From: Candidatus Latescibacterota bacterium
Lineage (GTDB): Bacteria > Latescibacterota > UBA2968 > GCA-2709665
Direction: 5' to 3'
DNA: 64,000 nt
Assembly: GCA_965226795.1 (NCBI GenBank)
Contig: CBDDDZ010000003.1
Location: forward strand, 512,001-576,000
Shown: positions 20,561 to 31,995 of the stretch, piece after piece
Position numbering within the stretch: position 1 is the first letter of the stretch
Layout of the letters: each line of letters begins with the position of its first letter
Translations under genes and position numbers: made by a program
The notes under the pieces: generated by a model
Seen by the model: the letters and a program-made list of their open reading frames with translations, nothing else
The model's database searches: none
What the model was told of the DNA's origin: nothing

Positions 20561-21616
20561 ATGACAGATCGATATCGGACGGCGCTGATCGGTTGCGGGC
20601 GGATGGGGGCAACGATTGACGACGAGGTGCGGGACCATCCAAACTCTCATCTCTGGATTCCGTACTCTCATGCGGCGGCGGCCGTGGCGTGTGAGCGGAC
20701 GGACCTCGTGGCGGTTTCGGACGTGTTGGCTGAGAAGGCGGAGTCGATTCGGGACCGGTACGGAGTGCCGGTCTGCTACACCGACTATCGGGAGATGATA
20801 GACAAAGAGAAACCTGATATCGTGTGTATCGCAACCCGCCCCGCGACCCACTCGGAGATGACCGTATTCGCGGCCGAACATGGGGTTAAGGGGATCTATT
20901 GCGAGAAGCCGCTTTGCTGTTCAATGGAAGAGGCGGACGCGATGGTGTCAGCGGTTGAGAAGAATTGCGTGAAGTTCAACTACGGCACCCAGCGGCGATA
21001 TATTCCGGTTTACCGAAAAATGAGGGAGCTTGCCGATGCGGGCGATCTGGGTACGGTACAGGCCGTTATCGTGCAGCAGGGCGTGACGGCCGCGTTGTGG
21101 GGACTGACTCACGGTGCGGACATGATGCTGTTCCTGGCGGGAGACTGCAAGATCGATTTCGTGCAGGGCACCATTGCGTGTGAGGATAGGGATTGGGACG
21201 ACAACCGTTTGAACGTGGATCCGGGCGTCGCCAGCGGTTACGTTCGGTTTCAAAACGGCGTTCACGGATATACGACCGCGGGCAGCGGCGCGGAGTTCGA
21301 GCTTTGTGGTTCGTCGGGAAAGTTGAGGACATTCGACAACGGAATGATCTGTCAGTTCCGGAAGGCCTGCGGCGTGCGGCATGTGCTGGAGGACCGGCCG
21401 TTTCCCGAGGTCCCGATGCAGAGCGGCACGGTGAACGGGCTGAGGGATATCGCCGAGGCCCTGGATACGGGTCGGGAGACAGCGGGGCCGGTTCAACTGG
21501 CGCGACGCAGCCAGGAAATGGTGATGGGGTTTATCGAGTCTCATCGGCTGGGCGGCGTGCGGGTGCGTTTGCCAATGAAGAATCGAGGCCTTTACGTGGG
21601 GCGGCAGGGTTGGTAG
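20561..21616 (+). CDS. Gfo/Idh/MocA oxidoreductase
   Basis: LIGCGRMG, YCEKPL, THGAD. Confidence 0.9.
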   Translation: MTDRYRTALIGCGRMGATIDDEVRDHPNSHLWIPYSHAAAAVACERTDLVAVSDVLAEKAESIRDRYGVPVCYTDYREMIDKEKPDIVCIATRPATHSEMTVFAAEHGVKGIYCEKPLCCSMEEADAMVSAVEKNCVKFNYGTQRRYIPVYRKMRELADAGDLGTVQAVIVQQGVTAALWGLTHGADMMLFLAGDCKIDFVQGTIACEDRDWDDNRLNVDPGVASGYVRFQNGVHGYTTAGSGAEFELCGSSGKLRTFDNGMICQFRKACGVRHVLEDRPFPEVPMQSGTVNGLRDIAEALDTGRETAGPVQLARRSQEMVMGFIESHRLGGVRVRLPMKNRGLYVGRQGW

Positions 21617-21951
21617 GGTCCGGTTTGGAAGACGGCGCGAATGCTGAGGCGCGCTCGGGGGTGGATGTGACGTCGCAGGCAAAGCAAGTCGCCAAGCCTG
21701 GGAGAACGCTCCCGATCAGTCGGAACGGCAGATCACCCCACGCGACGTCCCGCCCCTGGTATGCGATGGGCGAGGCGTTTTTTGTTTGCCCTTGTACAAA
21801 CCGGTACATGGGTAACACTTTTCGGGGTGGTCCTTTCGTGGTCTATCCTCTATGTCTTAACAGGTCGCCTGTTGGCGGACAATTGTTGAATGGAACTGCG
21901 TTCCGGGCGTACACAGACTTTTCCTAACCCTTCACCTTTTGATTTATCTTT

Positions 21952-22157
21952 GTCCTTTTTCTTTCTCGCCAAAGAAAAAGGACCAAAAAGAACGGCGCCT
22001 GCCTGCCGAGCACGGCTCGGCGCAGGCAGGCCGCTCAGACGTCGCGGGGCTGCTTTTCCGCGAATCGCCTCAGGGGCATGAACTTGGGTTGATGGCCTGC
22101 CGACATCGAGGGCGTTTATAGGCCGTATTGCTGGACGGAAAAACGCGGAAAAGCCCC
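21952..22157 (-). repeat. Structured dispersed element copy A5
   Basis: GCTTTTCCGCG/CGCGGAAAAGC stem, 81-nt loop, insert, pseudoknot. Confidence 0.9.
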
Positions 22158-22225
22158 TTCCACCTCCGGGCGGGTGAAGGACGAAACCGAGAGGCCGCGA
22201 ACCCCCTGGTGCCGTCGTTGCATTT

Positions 22226-22357
22226 GTAGGGGCAACCCCTTGGGTTGCCCTCATCGTGGCGCGCAATTAGCCGATTGACTTTGCCAGGCCATATCGTTTG
22301 CCGGGTTTGGCTGACTGCTGATCGTGGATTCGCGGGCGACGCATGCGTCGCCCCTAC
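22226..22357. repeat. Inverted pair of GTAG-type REP-like palindromes (REPIN-like)
   Basis: GTAGGGGCAACCCCTTGGGTTGCCC at 22226 and GGGCGACGCATGCGTCGCCCCTAC at 22334. Confidence 0.8.
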
Positions 22358-22498
22358 GAATGCTACGTCGGCATCGCCATCTGTTAATAGATTTCACCGG
22401 GCCGTATCGGTAACCGGTTTTAGCTGACGGCTAACTACTGATCGCCTATTGCTGCTCGTCCACAGGAACCCACGCGGACTACGAAAGCGATTCCATTC

Positions 22499-22692
22499 GA
22501 GAGCGCGTTCAGAGCAGAGCGCGCGGTTCCGTCCCGCACCGAACAACGGTATCCGCCTTATCCGGTAGGGCAGAGGATCATGTGCATCCCGTGAGGCAAT
22601 TCGCGCTGTGTATATGGCAGGCTCCGCGCCAAGCGGCGACTTTTGGTTCCTTTTGGTCGCGTCAAAAGGAACTCGCCGAAGGCAGGGAATTT
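22499..22692 (+). repeat. Structured dispersed element copy B3
   Basis: Same architecture as B1/B2, 78-nt loop. Confidence 0.9.
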
Positions 22693-22775
22693 GAGGGGAA
22701 GTGTTTTTCGATTTTGTTTTGAGTCCTTGGCAGATTGTTGAAAGCTGTTTTACCTGACCGCTAAAGGAGACAATC

Positions 22776-23756
22776 ATGTCGGAATACGAATGGATTTGCG
22801 TTACCGAACAGGCGGCGTTTGCGGGGCGGGACGGAGCGGGCGCGCTGGTGTTTAAGGACAGAATGTGGCTGCTGGGTGGATGGAATCCGGGGGACAAGGT
22901 CAATTTTCCGCGTATCTGCAACAGCGAGGTCTGGTGTTCCTCTGACGGGGAAACCTGGGTCGAGGTAAACGAGGAGGCGTCCTGGGAGGGGCGGCACACG
23001 GCGGGCTACGCCGTTCACAATGGTCAGATGTGGGTCGTGGGAGGAGACTGCAACCAGGGGCACTATCAGAACGACGTGTGGCGCAGTTCTGACGGCGTGG
23101 GTTGGGACCTGGTCTGTGACCCGGTCCCGTGGGGGCCGAGGGTATTACACTATACGGCGGTTCTCGATGGCAGAATCTGGGTGATGGGCGGGCAGACCAT
23201 TCCGCAATTTGCAGATGAAGACGAGATCTTCTATAACGACGTTTGGAATTCGGCGGATGGCCGGGCCTGGAACCGGGTGGTCGAAAATGCACCGTGGGCG
23301 GAGAGGGGAATGATCGGCGGCAGCGCGGTTTTTCAGAATCGGATCTGGATTCTGGGCGGCGGGACGTACGATACCCCCAGGATTGAACGTCGATTGATGT
23401 ATAACGATGTATGGAGTACGGCCGATGGCGCAAACTGGGAGTTGCATACCCGCGCCGCGCCGTGGGTGCCGCGCCAGTATCACGACGTTGCCGTGTGGGA
23501 CGAAAAGTTGTGGGTGATGGAGGGCTGCTATCATCCTGCAGCCAGCCGATCGATGCGTGAGGCAACAGGTAGCTGGAACCGGAACGACGTCTGGTACAGC
23601 TCGGACGGGGTGAACTGGATCGAACTCCCGGATACGCCATGGGCCCCGCGGCACGCCGCCAGCGTTTTTGTCTACGAAGACGCGCTGTGGATGGTAGCGG
23701 GCAACAACATGTTTCCGGACGTCTGGAAGCTGGTTCGCAAGAATGACGTGCAATAG
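22776..23756 (+). CDS. Kelch-like repeat beta-propeller protein
   Basis: About six repeats of W.PR..H......MWV.GG....NDVW.S.DG..W. Confidence 0.85.
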   Translation: MSEYEWICVTEQAAFAGRDGAGALVFKDRMWLLGGWNPGDKVNFPRICNSEVWCSSDGETWVEVNEEASWEGRHTAGYAVHNGQMWVVGGDCNQGHYQNDVWRSSDGVGWDLVCDPVPWGPRVLHYTAVLDGRIWVMGGQTIPQFADEDEIFYNDVWNSADGRAWNRVVENAPWAERGMIGGSAVFQNRIWILGGGTYDTPRIERRLMYNDVWSTADGANWELHTRAAPWVPRQYHDVAVWDEKLWVMEGCYHPAASRSMREATGSWNRNDVWYSSDGVNWIELPDTPWAPRHAASVFVYEDALWMVAGNNMFPDVWKLVRKNDVQ

Positions 23757-23852
23757 TGGTGAATAGTATCAGCCAAACGGGAAGTGACCAGACGGATGCT
23801 GCCGAGTGCGTGCCGGTTTTTCCGGGATGCAAATGAGAAAGGACCCGGTCGA

Positions 23853-26573
23853 ATGGATGGGATAGCCCTGTTGATATTTGCTGTCTGCTGCGCAGCGGCA
23901 GCGGACATGGCGCGGCCCCGCATGGTCGAAGCTGCGCACCCGGTGTACCGCGTTGAGGTGTCGACGGACCGGATCAACCGATTGAAGCGGGTCGTGTCCA
24001 GGGTGATGGCGATGTCCGAAGCCGAGATGGTGGCCCTGGTTCCTGACAGGACGGGATTCCGGTTCATGGGTTGTCCGAATTGCGACGAGGGGACGCAGGA
24101 GGGTCAGTTGCGGTGGAGAATTTCGGATCCTCACCATGTGCAATGCCGGTTCTGCGAGATGGTTTTTCCGAACGATCAGTACCCCGAGGATCGGGTGATG
24201 AAAGTGGTGAATCCCGTGGGCGTGGAGGTCGAATATCCCTACTGGGAGGATGAGACCGGGTACAGGTACCTCTTCTCGGCGAAGGCCTGGCGTGAGGCCC
24301 GCACGTACTTTTCGCGGATCGCGGAGGACCTCGGAGAACTGTACCAGATGACGGGCGACCGGACGTATGCGCGCCGCGCCGCCCTGATTCTGGATGCGTT
24401 TGCCCGATATTATCCAGGATTCCTTGTGAGCCGCGACTGGCCGCACAGGCCGAAGGGGTTCGCAACGGAGCCGCCGTATCCCAACGGGGGCGGAAAATGG
24501 GGTCGATGGCGACACGACGAGATGCCGACGGACCTGGTGTACGCGTACGATTCGATCTACGGCAGCGGCGAGTTGGAGCGCCTTTCCGAAGAGGCCGGCG
24601 TGGACGTGAAGGCGCGTATTGAGGGTGATTTCTTCCGCGGCGCCGTACGGCAGGACCGGTTTCACGAGACGGACTACAGCAATGCCGCGCCCCGTATATA
24701 CGAAGGATATATTGCGATCGGAAGGGTTCTGGGAGATCCGGGCCTCGTGCATGAAGGCGTTCGTCAAAGCCGGGGGTTGTTCGAGCGGACGTTTTATGAA
24801 GACGGGTTCTGGAAGGAAGGCAGCGTGGGGTACCACCAGATGACGATGGGTGGAATGAACACGGTGTTCCGCGCCGCTCGGGGCTATGGCGACCCGCCCG
24901 GATATGTCCATCCGGAGGACGGGACGCGCCTGGACGACCTCGACCTGGAACGGGATATCGCGGTAATCGCCCGGGCGAAGCGAATTATGGACATCTGCCG
25001 GTATCCCGACGGGCGGCAGATGACGATGCACGACAACTGGGCCCATTTCAGGAATCTGCGGGTGCCGGACCGCTCTGTCTCGACATTGCTGGCGGGGGTC
25101 GGGCACGCGTGGCTCGGGCGTGGCCGGGGTGACGAACAGGTTCAGCTTCACCTCCACTTTTCAGGCGGCTACGGGCACGAACACGCGGACAATCTCAATA
25201 TGGGCCTGTTCGCGAAGGGCATGGAACTGTTGCCGGACGTCGGGATACACGCACACGCGGCACCGGGCGTGGAGCACAAGTACGCTGTGTCACAATACGG
25301 TGGTGATCGATGAGCAACGGCAACATACCCGGGGCCGTCCGGGGCCTTCGGACGGGCGGCTGCTTGCATTCGAACCGGGATTCGATACCGTGCAATGGAT
25401 CGAAGCGAGCGGGGAACGGGCGTACCCGGGGCTGGCGCAGGTCTACCGGCGTGCGCTGCTGCTGGTGAATGCCGGGGAAGCTGAAGTTTACGCGGTGGAC
25501 CTGTTTCGCGTGGTTGGTGGATCGCAACACGACTGGGCGCTGCACGGAAGTGCGGACCGGGACGGGGAGGCCAGGGTGAGCGTTCCTCTAGCGCCTTTTG
25601 GCGAGCACATGCTGCCGGGTGTGGACGTGCGGTTTCCCGCCGGAGAGTCGGATCGCGGGGACGCCAGGGGCCGGAATATTTCGTATGCGTATTTCCGGAA
25701 TGTCTCTCACGGCGAGGCGGAAGACAGCCTTGAGATCACGTTCAGCGTTGACGATTCGCCTATGGCGGTGCGGACGCATATTCCCGGACAGGCGGGCGCC
25801 GAAGTGTTCGTGGGCGATGCCATGTCGTTTCGGCGGGCCGAGGAGAACGATGCGCTCCTGGATCGGTTTCGAATGCCTATCATCCTGCTGCGCCGGAAGG
25901 GAGCGGCACCCCTCTCCAGCCGATTCACCTCGGTGCATGAGCCGTTTTCAGGATCTCCATTCATAGAAGACGTGCGCGTGGAAGCGCTGGATGGAGACGC
26001 GGTGGGCATCAGTGTACGCCACCACGGTGTGGTCGACCATTTCGTGTACCGGGAAGGATCGGGGCACGAAGTCGTCGCGATGGGTGATCTGTCGCTAACG
26101 GGCGAGGTCGGGTTCGTGAGGGCGCGTGACGGCCAGCCGGAGATGATGGGGCTATGGGGCGGCACGATGCTGAAATGGAAACACGTCGCGCTGGAAGGCA
26201 GCGGCGCCTATGAGGGGGAAGTGACCGGTACTTTGAGGAGGGATGCCGGCGCGAAGCACGATGCGCTGGTCGTCACCGGCGAGTTGCCGGCGTAGGCGAG
26301 GAATTGAACGGGGCGACGGCAATCGTGACATTCGGCGACGGGTCAACCCGGGGATGCCGGGTGCAGGCTGTGGCGCGCGAAGGTGGGGAGACGCGCGTGT
26401 TGCTGGATGCCGACCCGGGATTTGCGGTGGAAGGCGAGGGCATGCGGCATCTGTTCTTCCCGCACCGGGAGATTCCCGGAAAGGTGCGCTACCGGCTGCG
26501 AACGTCGGCTTTCGTCCGAATCGGGGATGGTTCAATCACGTCGGTCGGCGAGGCGAGGTTTTCGGGGTTTTGA
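23853..26573 (+). pseudogene. Heparinase II/III-family lyase split by two single-base frameshifts (pseudogene or assembly error)
   Basis: EGSVGYH, GHEHADNL, LPDVG|YTH...HNTVVID motifs run across frames; shifts at ~25242 (GGG run) and ~26290. Confidence 0.75.
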
Positions 26574-26785
26574 ACTGATTTCAATTGCGGACAAACATCC
26601 CCGATAATACGGGATCTTCCAAGGTCCAGGATTCTACCATTGACCCCTATTTGACACGGTTCGGTCGGCGTAGAGTCGGAGCGAGGAATATTCGGGTGTA
26701 CCGTACGGCTGGGCAACGTAGGCGCTGGCGGGAATCACTGGTGTAACTCGTACTGACCTCATCCCACCTCAATTGGAAACCCACC

Positions 26786-28615
26786 ATGAGGTTTCGGTCC
26801 GCTCATTACAATCTTGCATTCGTGATCGGAGCGACGGTCCTGCTCTCGATGAGTACAGTGGCTCAGGTCTTACCGCAATCCGAGGGCGCCAGTTCAACTC
26901 AGGCGCGCCCCCATCTTCTCCAGGTACGCGTTGAGTCACAATCCGACCCCAATCCTGATTTTGACAGGAACGGCGTCGTGGATTTTCCCGACTTCGTCTT
27001 GTTTGCGCGAAGGTTCGGGGTAAGCCGAGGCGATGAAACGTTCGAGGCGCGATACGACCTGGATGGTGACGGAAATGTCGGGTTTTCTGATTTCCTGATC
27101 TTTGCCAGGAACTTCGGTAAGTCGGTAACGATACCCACTACGGGGATTTGTGGGCGGACGCCTCAGGTGCGGCGTGCCATCCTGAACGCGCTGCCCGATA
27201 TGGACGACTGTGCCCTGGTCCCGGACGTGCATCTGCACTCTATCCGGAGCCTGGATCTTAAGTACGAGCGCATTACTGCCCTGATGGGAGACGATTTTTC
27301 CGGGCTGGACAGCTTGAGGGCCATATCGCTCGAATTCAACGACATAAGCTCGCTGCCAGAGGGAGTGTTTTCCGGTCTCGTGAAACTGGTGGAGCTGGAT
27401 CTGAGCCGCAACAAAATGAAAACTCTTTCAGACGGGTTGTTTTCCGGCCTGGTCAAGCTGCGCGTTCTCAAACTTCAAGGCAACGGTCTGACAACATTGC
27501 CAGAGGGGGTGTTTTCCGGCCTGGACAGCTTGAAAGTATTGGAGATCGGTTTCAGTGATGTATATACCGTATCCGATGATGTGTTTTCAGGTCTGACACC
27601 CGATCTAGAGGTGTTGCGGCTGTATAATGACGATCTTCGCAAGCTGCCGGCAGGTGTATTTTCTACATTGGATAATTTGCAGGAACTGCGGCTTTTTTCT
27701 CCGGGTTTGCGGATTATGCCGGAAGGCGTCTTCTCCGGTCTGTCGAACTTGCGTCGCCTGCGTTTATACACTATACACGTACGCACGCTGCCTGCCGGGA
27801 TATTTTCCGGCCTGGTCAATCTGCGGTACATAAGCCTTAATGACAGCCATCCATTGACCACATTGCCCGCAGGGGTGTTTTCCGGCCTGGATAGCTTACG
27901 TTTCCTGACCATTTTCAATAACGAAGGACTTCGCACGTTGCCGGAGGGTGTATTTGCCGGCCTGTCCAGCCTGGTACACCTGGTCGTCTTTTCAAACGAC
28001 AAGCTGAGCGCGCTTCCAAAGAACGCTTTCTCCGGACTGACCAACCTGGAGTACCTGGGCGTTTATGGCAACGATGAATTGAAAACAATGCCACAAGATG
28101 TTTTCTCCGGACTGACAAACCTGAACGGCCTGAGTCTTTTTGGAAACGATCAACTGAGCACGCTACCTAGGGGCGTATTCTCGGGTCTCCCCAGATTGGG
28201 ATCCCTCACCCTGTTCGATTGCGGATTCGTCCGGCTTCCTGAGGGGATATTCACCGGACTGTCCAGGGTGGGAACACTCTGGCTTCACGGTAACCCCGGG
28301 TCGCCCTTTACCCTGACGGTTGAGTTGGTTCGCAAGGACAACAAAGACAGGACGGCGCCGGGGCCCGCGAATGTCGTCATCAAAGTTGCCGAAGGAGCGC
28401 CGCGTGAAATGACCGTCAGCCTTTCGGCGCGGGGCGGCACCCTGTCGGCGGATAAGGCCACAATTGCAGTGGGAGCGACCGAGAGCGAGACCGTCGTGGT
28501 GACCCAAACAGAGGGCGGTCCTGTCATAGTCATCCCTGGTTCGGCATCTGCCCTGCCAACGAGATTCCTGGGCTTAAAGACCGCCGTGGGCGATTCCCTC
28601 GTGCTGTTTCGATAG
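26786..28615 (+). CDS. Secreted leucine-rich-repeat protein with N-terminal dockerin-like paired EF-hand module
   Basis: Signal peptide; DFDRNGVVDFPDF and DLDGDGNVGFSDF; about 14 LRRs (L..LP.GVFSGL..L..L.L..N). Confidence 0.9.
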   Translation: MRFRSAHYNLAFVIGATVLLSMSTVAQVLPQSEGASSTQARPHLLQVRVESQSDPNPDFDRNGVVDFPDFVLFARRFGVSRGDETFEARYDLDGDGNVGFSDFLIFARNFGKSVTIPTTGICGRTPQVRRAILNALPDMDDCALVPDVHLHSIRSLDLKYERITALMGDDFSGLDSLRAISLEFNDISSLPEGVFSGLVKLVELDLSRNKMKTLSDGLFSGLVKLRVLKLQGNGLTTLPEGVFSGLDSLKVLEIGFSDVYTVSDDVFSGLTPDLEVLRLYNDDLRKLPAGVFSTLDNLQELRLFSPGLRIMPEGVFSGLSNLRRLRLYTIHVRTLPAGIFSGLVNLRYISLNDSHPLTTLPAGVFSGLDSLRFLTIFNNEGLRTLPEGVFAGLSSLVHLVVFSNDKLSALPKNAFSGLTNLEYLGVYGNDELKTMPQDVFSGLTNLNGLSLFGNDQLSTLPRGVFSGLPRLGSLTLFDCGFVRLPEGIFTGLSRVGTLWLHGNPGSPFTLTVELVRKDNKDRTAPGPANVVIKVAEGAPREMTVSLSARGGTLSADKATIAVGATESETVVVTQTEGGPVIVIPGSASALPTRFLGLKTAVGDSLVLFR

Positions 28616-28945
28616 GCGTTGAATCGGTAAGTCGGGTATTGAAAGTCCGGCGAAAGTCAGTCGCAAATGGATGCCCGCCGAGATCCACGTGGGTGCGGGA
28701 GGGTTTTGGGCGGCCGGACGTGAAGGGGACTGGCGCGGGTTGGATGCGCTTGGGGGTCATTGCAACGGGATGTAACGTCTGCGGGAATTGCTGATAGGAT
28801 GGGCAGGACTACCCTGTCCTGAAGAACAGGTTTCAAACACGCCTTCCGTTCGATGCGGGGGGCTATTTTTATAGCTAAATTTCAACCACGACAAGAGAAT
28901 GGCGAATCATCACGGTTGGCGTCTCAAAATAAAAGGAGGTCGACT

Positions 28946-29647
28946 ATGTCAACGCGAACAGCGCTTGTTACGGGCGCCTCCCGGGGTTTGGGTCTCGCTC
29001 TCTCGCGAGAACTCGCACGTCGGAATTGGCGGTTGGTCATTAACGCGAGAGGCGTGGAGGCACTGAAAGCCGCGCACGAAGAATTGGCAGAGTGGACGGA
29101 AGTCATCGCCATTTCCGGAGACGTGACAGCGGCGGAACACCGGGAGGAACTCGCTCACGCTGCTGATGAACTGGCTGGATTGGATGTGGTAATCAACAAC
29201 GCGGGCATGCTGGGGCCGAGTCCTCAACCCGGATTGCTCGAATATCCGCTGGATATCCTTGCAGACGTGTATCGCGCCAATGTGATTGCGCCCCTGGGCG
29301 TGCTGCAGGCGGTTCAACATGCCTTGAAACCCGGTGCACGCATAATCAATGTGACCAGCGATGCGGCTCGCGAGGCGTACGGTGGCTGGGGTGGATACGG
29401 TTCTTCGAAGGCGGCGTTCGAGCAGCTTTCAAACGTGCTTGCGGCGGAGCGACCGGATTGGCGCGTCTACTGGGTGGATCCCGGCGACATGCGCACTCAA
29501 ATGCATCAAGATGCGTTTCCCGGCGAGGATATCAGCGACCGACCTCTGCCAGAGACGAGCGTGTCGGGATTTATGGAACTCCTGGAAGGCTCGCACGAAA
29601 GTGGTCGCTACGCGGCGCGTGAGTTATTCAACACGAACGATAGTTGA
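28946..29647 (+). CDS. Short-chain dehydrogenase/reductase
   Basis: TGASRGLG, NNAG, YGSSK; strong RBS AGGAGG. Confidence 0.95.
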   Translation: MSTRTALVTGASRGLGLALSRELARRNWRLVINARGVEALKAAHEELAEWTEVIAISGDVTAAEHREELAHAADELAGLDVVINNAGMLGPSPQPGLLEYPLDILADVYRANVIAPLGVLQAVQHALKPGARIINVTSDAAREAYGGWGGYGSSKAAFEQLSNVLAAERPDWRVYWVDPGDMRTQMHQDAFPGEDISDRPLPETSVSGFMELLEGSHESGRYAARELFNTNDS

Positions 29648-29666
29648 TTGTTGAAGGGGGTACGTT

Positions 29667-30773
29667 ATGTCCAATTCGATGCCAACGACGGTATCGCCCA
29701 TTACCATGGTCGATTCGAAGCTGGACTCTCTGGCCTTTGATCTGCCTTCCCGCCTGGAGGCGGGCGAGCCACCTGAAGCGCGCGGCCTCAGTCGAGACGA
29801 AGTTCGGTTGATGGTGTCGCGGATAGGCGATGATACGATTGAACACATTGCATTTCGCGATCTGCCCGAGGCGCTGCGCGCGGGCGACGTGCTCGTGATT
29901 AACACAAGCGGCACCCGCAAAGCGTCGTTGCCTGTTGTTCGGCCCGACGGACTGGAACTGAGGCTGCATTTGTCGACGGAATTGCCGGCTGAAATGTGGG
30001 CGGTTGAAGTGCGCTCAGCCGATGCGTCGCGGCCCTTCCCGCACGCCCGGGCGGGCGAGGTGTTGACGTTGCCCGGTGGCGGATCCGCGCAGTTGCACGT
30101 ACCCTATCGGCCCGACTTGCGGGAAGATCCCGCCGCTGCCGTTCGTTTGTGGATTGCAACGATGAATTTGCCCTATGACGTGGAAACGTACCTGGACGTC
30201 CACGGGATGCCCATTCGGTACGGATATGTACGGGACAATTGGTCCATTGGATATTATCAGACCGTATATGCAACGGAAGCAGGCAGCGCCGAGATGCCAT
30301 CGGCCGGCCGCGCATTCACACCCGAGGTCATCACGGCATTGGTTGCGAAGGGGATTCAGATTGCACCGCTGATTCTGCATACGGGTGTGGCAAGCCTGGA
30401 AGCCGATGAGCCGCCATACGAGGAGTATTACCGTATACCGGTCGAATCGACCCGGGTTATCAACAATGCAAGTGAAAATGGCGGGCGGATTATCGCCGTT
30501 GGCACCACAGTGGTTCGGGCGCTCGAAACCGTTGCCGATAAGAACGGACGAGTCTCTCCGGGTGAAGGATGGACGACACTGGTGATTTCACCTGAACGAC
30601 CCATGCGAGTCGTACGTGGTTTGCTGACCGGACTGCACGAACCGCGCGCCACACATCTCGCTATGCTGCAGGCATTGACGGGGGTGAATCATCTGAAACT
30701 GACTTATGAAGCGGCACTCAATGAAGGTTATATGTGGCACGAATTCGGCGATCTGCATTTGATTTTGCCCTGA
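29667..30773 (+). CDS. queA: QueA-family protein (SAM:tRNA ribosyltransferase-isomerase-like)
   Basis: GDVLVINTS, YQTVYA...GSAEMPSAG, LHTG, IAVGTTVVRALE, FGDLHLI; divergent from canonical QueA. Confidence 0.8.
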   Translation: MSNSMPTTVSPITMVDSKLDSLAFDLPSRLEAGEPPEARGLSRDEVRLMVSRIGDDTIEHIAFRDLPEALRAGDVLVINTSGTRKASLPVVRPDGLELRLHLSTELPAEMWAVEVRSADASRPFPHARAGEVLTLPGGGSAQLHVPYRPDLREDPAAAVRLWIATMNLPYDVETYLDVHGMPIRYGYVRDNWSIGYYQTVYATEAGSAEMPSAGRAFTPEVITALVAKGIQIAPLILHTGVASLEADEPPYEEYYRIPVESTRVINNASENGGRIIAVGTTVVRALETVADKNGRVSPGEGWTTLVISPERPMRVVRGLLTGLHEPRATHLAMLQALTGVNHLKLTYEAALNEGYMWHEFGDLHLILP

Positions 30774-30833
30774 ACGGGAAGTATATTGGCAAAAGGAGCG
30801 CACCAAACACCTTAATGGCAGACGAAGAGATCC

Positions 30834-31995
30834 ATGCCAACGCGAACCGATCAGCTCAAACAACGCAATCGCGAACTCTCCATTCTGAACGAGATCGCCC
30901 ACGCGCTCAACCAGTCCGTGGACCTCGATCAAGCCCTCGAATCGGTACTTGAAGAAGTGGCCGCGTTGCTCGATCTGAGCACCAGTTGGATATGGCTCTT
31001 CAACGAAGAAACCAATGAACCCTATCTGGCTGCCGCACAGAATCTGCCTCCCGCATTGCGCGACAATCCGGCCCAAATGGAGGGTTGGTGCTATTGCCTG
31101 GACACCTTTCGGAAGAGGCGATTTAACAGGGGCTGCGAATGTGAATGTCGTCACGTGCAGCCGGCTCAAGGGGCTTGTGGAAGGAACGGACGGATTGCGG
31201 TATCACGCGAGTATTCCACTGTACGCGCACAGCAAGAAGGTAGGCGTGTTGAACGTGGGCAGCGTCGAGTGGCGCGAACTCTCAACGGAAGATTTACGCT
31301 TGCTGAATACGGTCGGCGATCTCACGAGTATTGCAATCGAACGGGCGCGATTGTACGAAAAGAGCGTCGAAATCGGCGCCGCGGATGAACGTCTTCGACT
31401 CGCACGAGAAATACACGACACCCTGGGTCAGAATCTGGCGGCCATCCTGATGCGGCTCGAAACACTGGATGCGCTACTCGAAAGCGATACGGACCGCGAG
31501 AAGCTGTCCGCAACCGTGCGCGACGCGATGGCGATGGCTCGCGGTAATCTGGAAGATGCGCGGCGGGCCGTATTGGATCTGCGCGCCGCACCGCTTGAGA
31601 ATCTCACGCTGGCAGAGGCATTGGAAGCTCTAATGCAGGAATTCGGAGCGCACAAAGGCCTGGATACGCGTGTAAAATGCGTCGGCGGACATCCCCTGTC
31701 CGCGAGGGTCGAAGCCGGTTTGTATCGCATGGCGGAGGAGGCGCTGAACAATGTCGCGGCGCATGCAGATGCAACGAAGGCCCTGGTTGAATTGACGTCA
31801 ACTCCTGACTGCGTGGTGCTTATTGTTGAAGACGACGGGTGCGGATTTGACCCGGAAGACACGTCAGAAGCACGATATGGGCTGGTCGGTATGCGTGAGC
31901 GGGCACATTTGCTGGGGGGTTCATTTTCCATTGAGAGCGCGCCCCGGCAAGGCACGCGTCTGGAGATACGTATTCCTCTGGAGCGTCGCATATGA
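30834..31995 (+). CDS. GAF-domain sensor histidine kinase (HisKA_3), one frameshift at ~31113
   Basis: GAF N-terminus in one frame; RLAREIHDTLGQ, EALNNVAAHA, DDGCGF, GLVGMRERA in the next. Confidence 0.8.

Noticed and set aside
27270..28290. 72-75 bp periodic DNA repeats
   Set aside because: Fully explained by the LRR coding repeats; no RT or template/variable repeat pair suggesting a DGR.
31100..31125. Programmed ribosomal frameshifting in the kinase or lyase
   Set aside because: No slippery heptamer or stimulatory structure is seen; an indel error or mutation is simpler.
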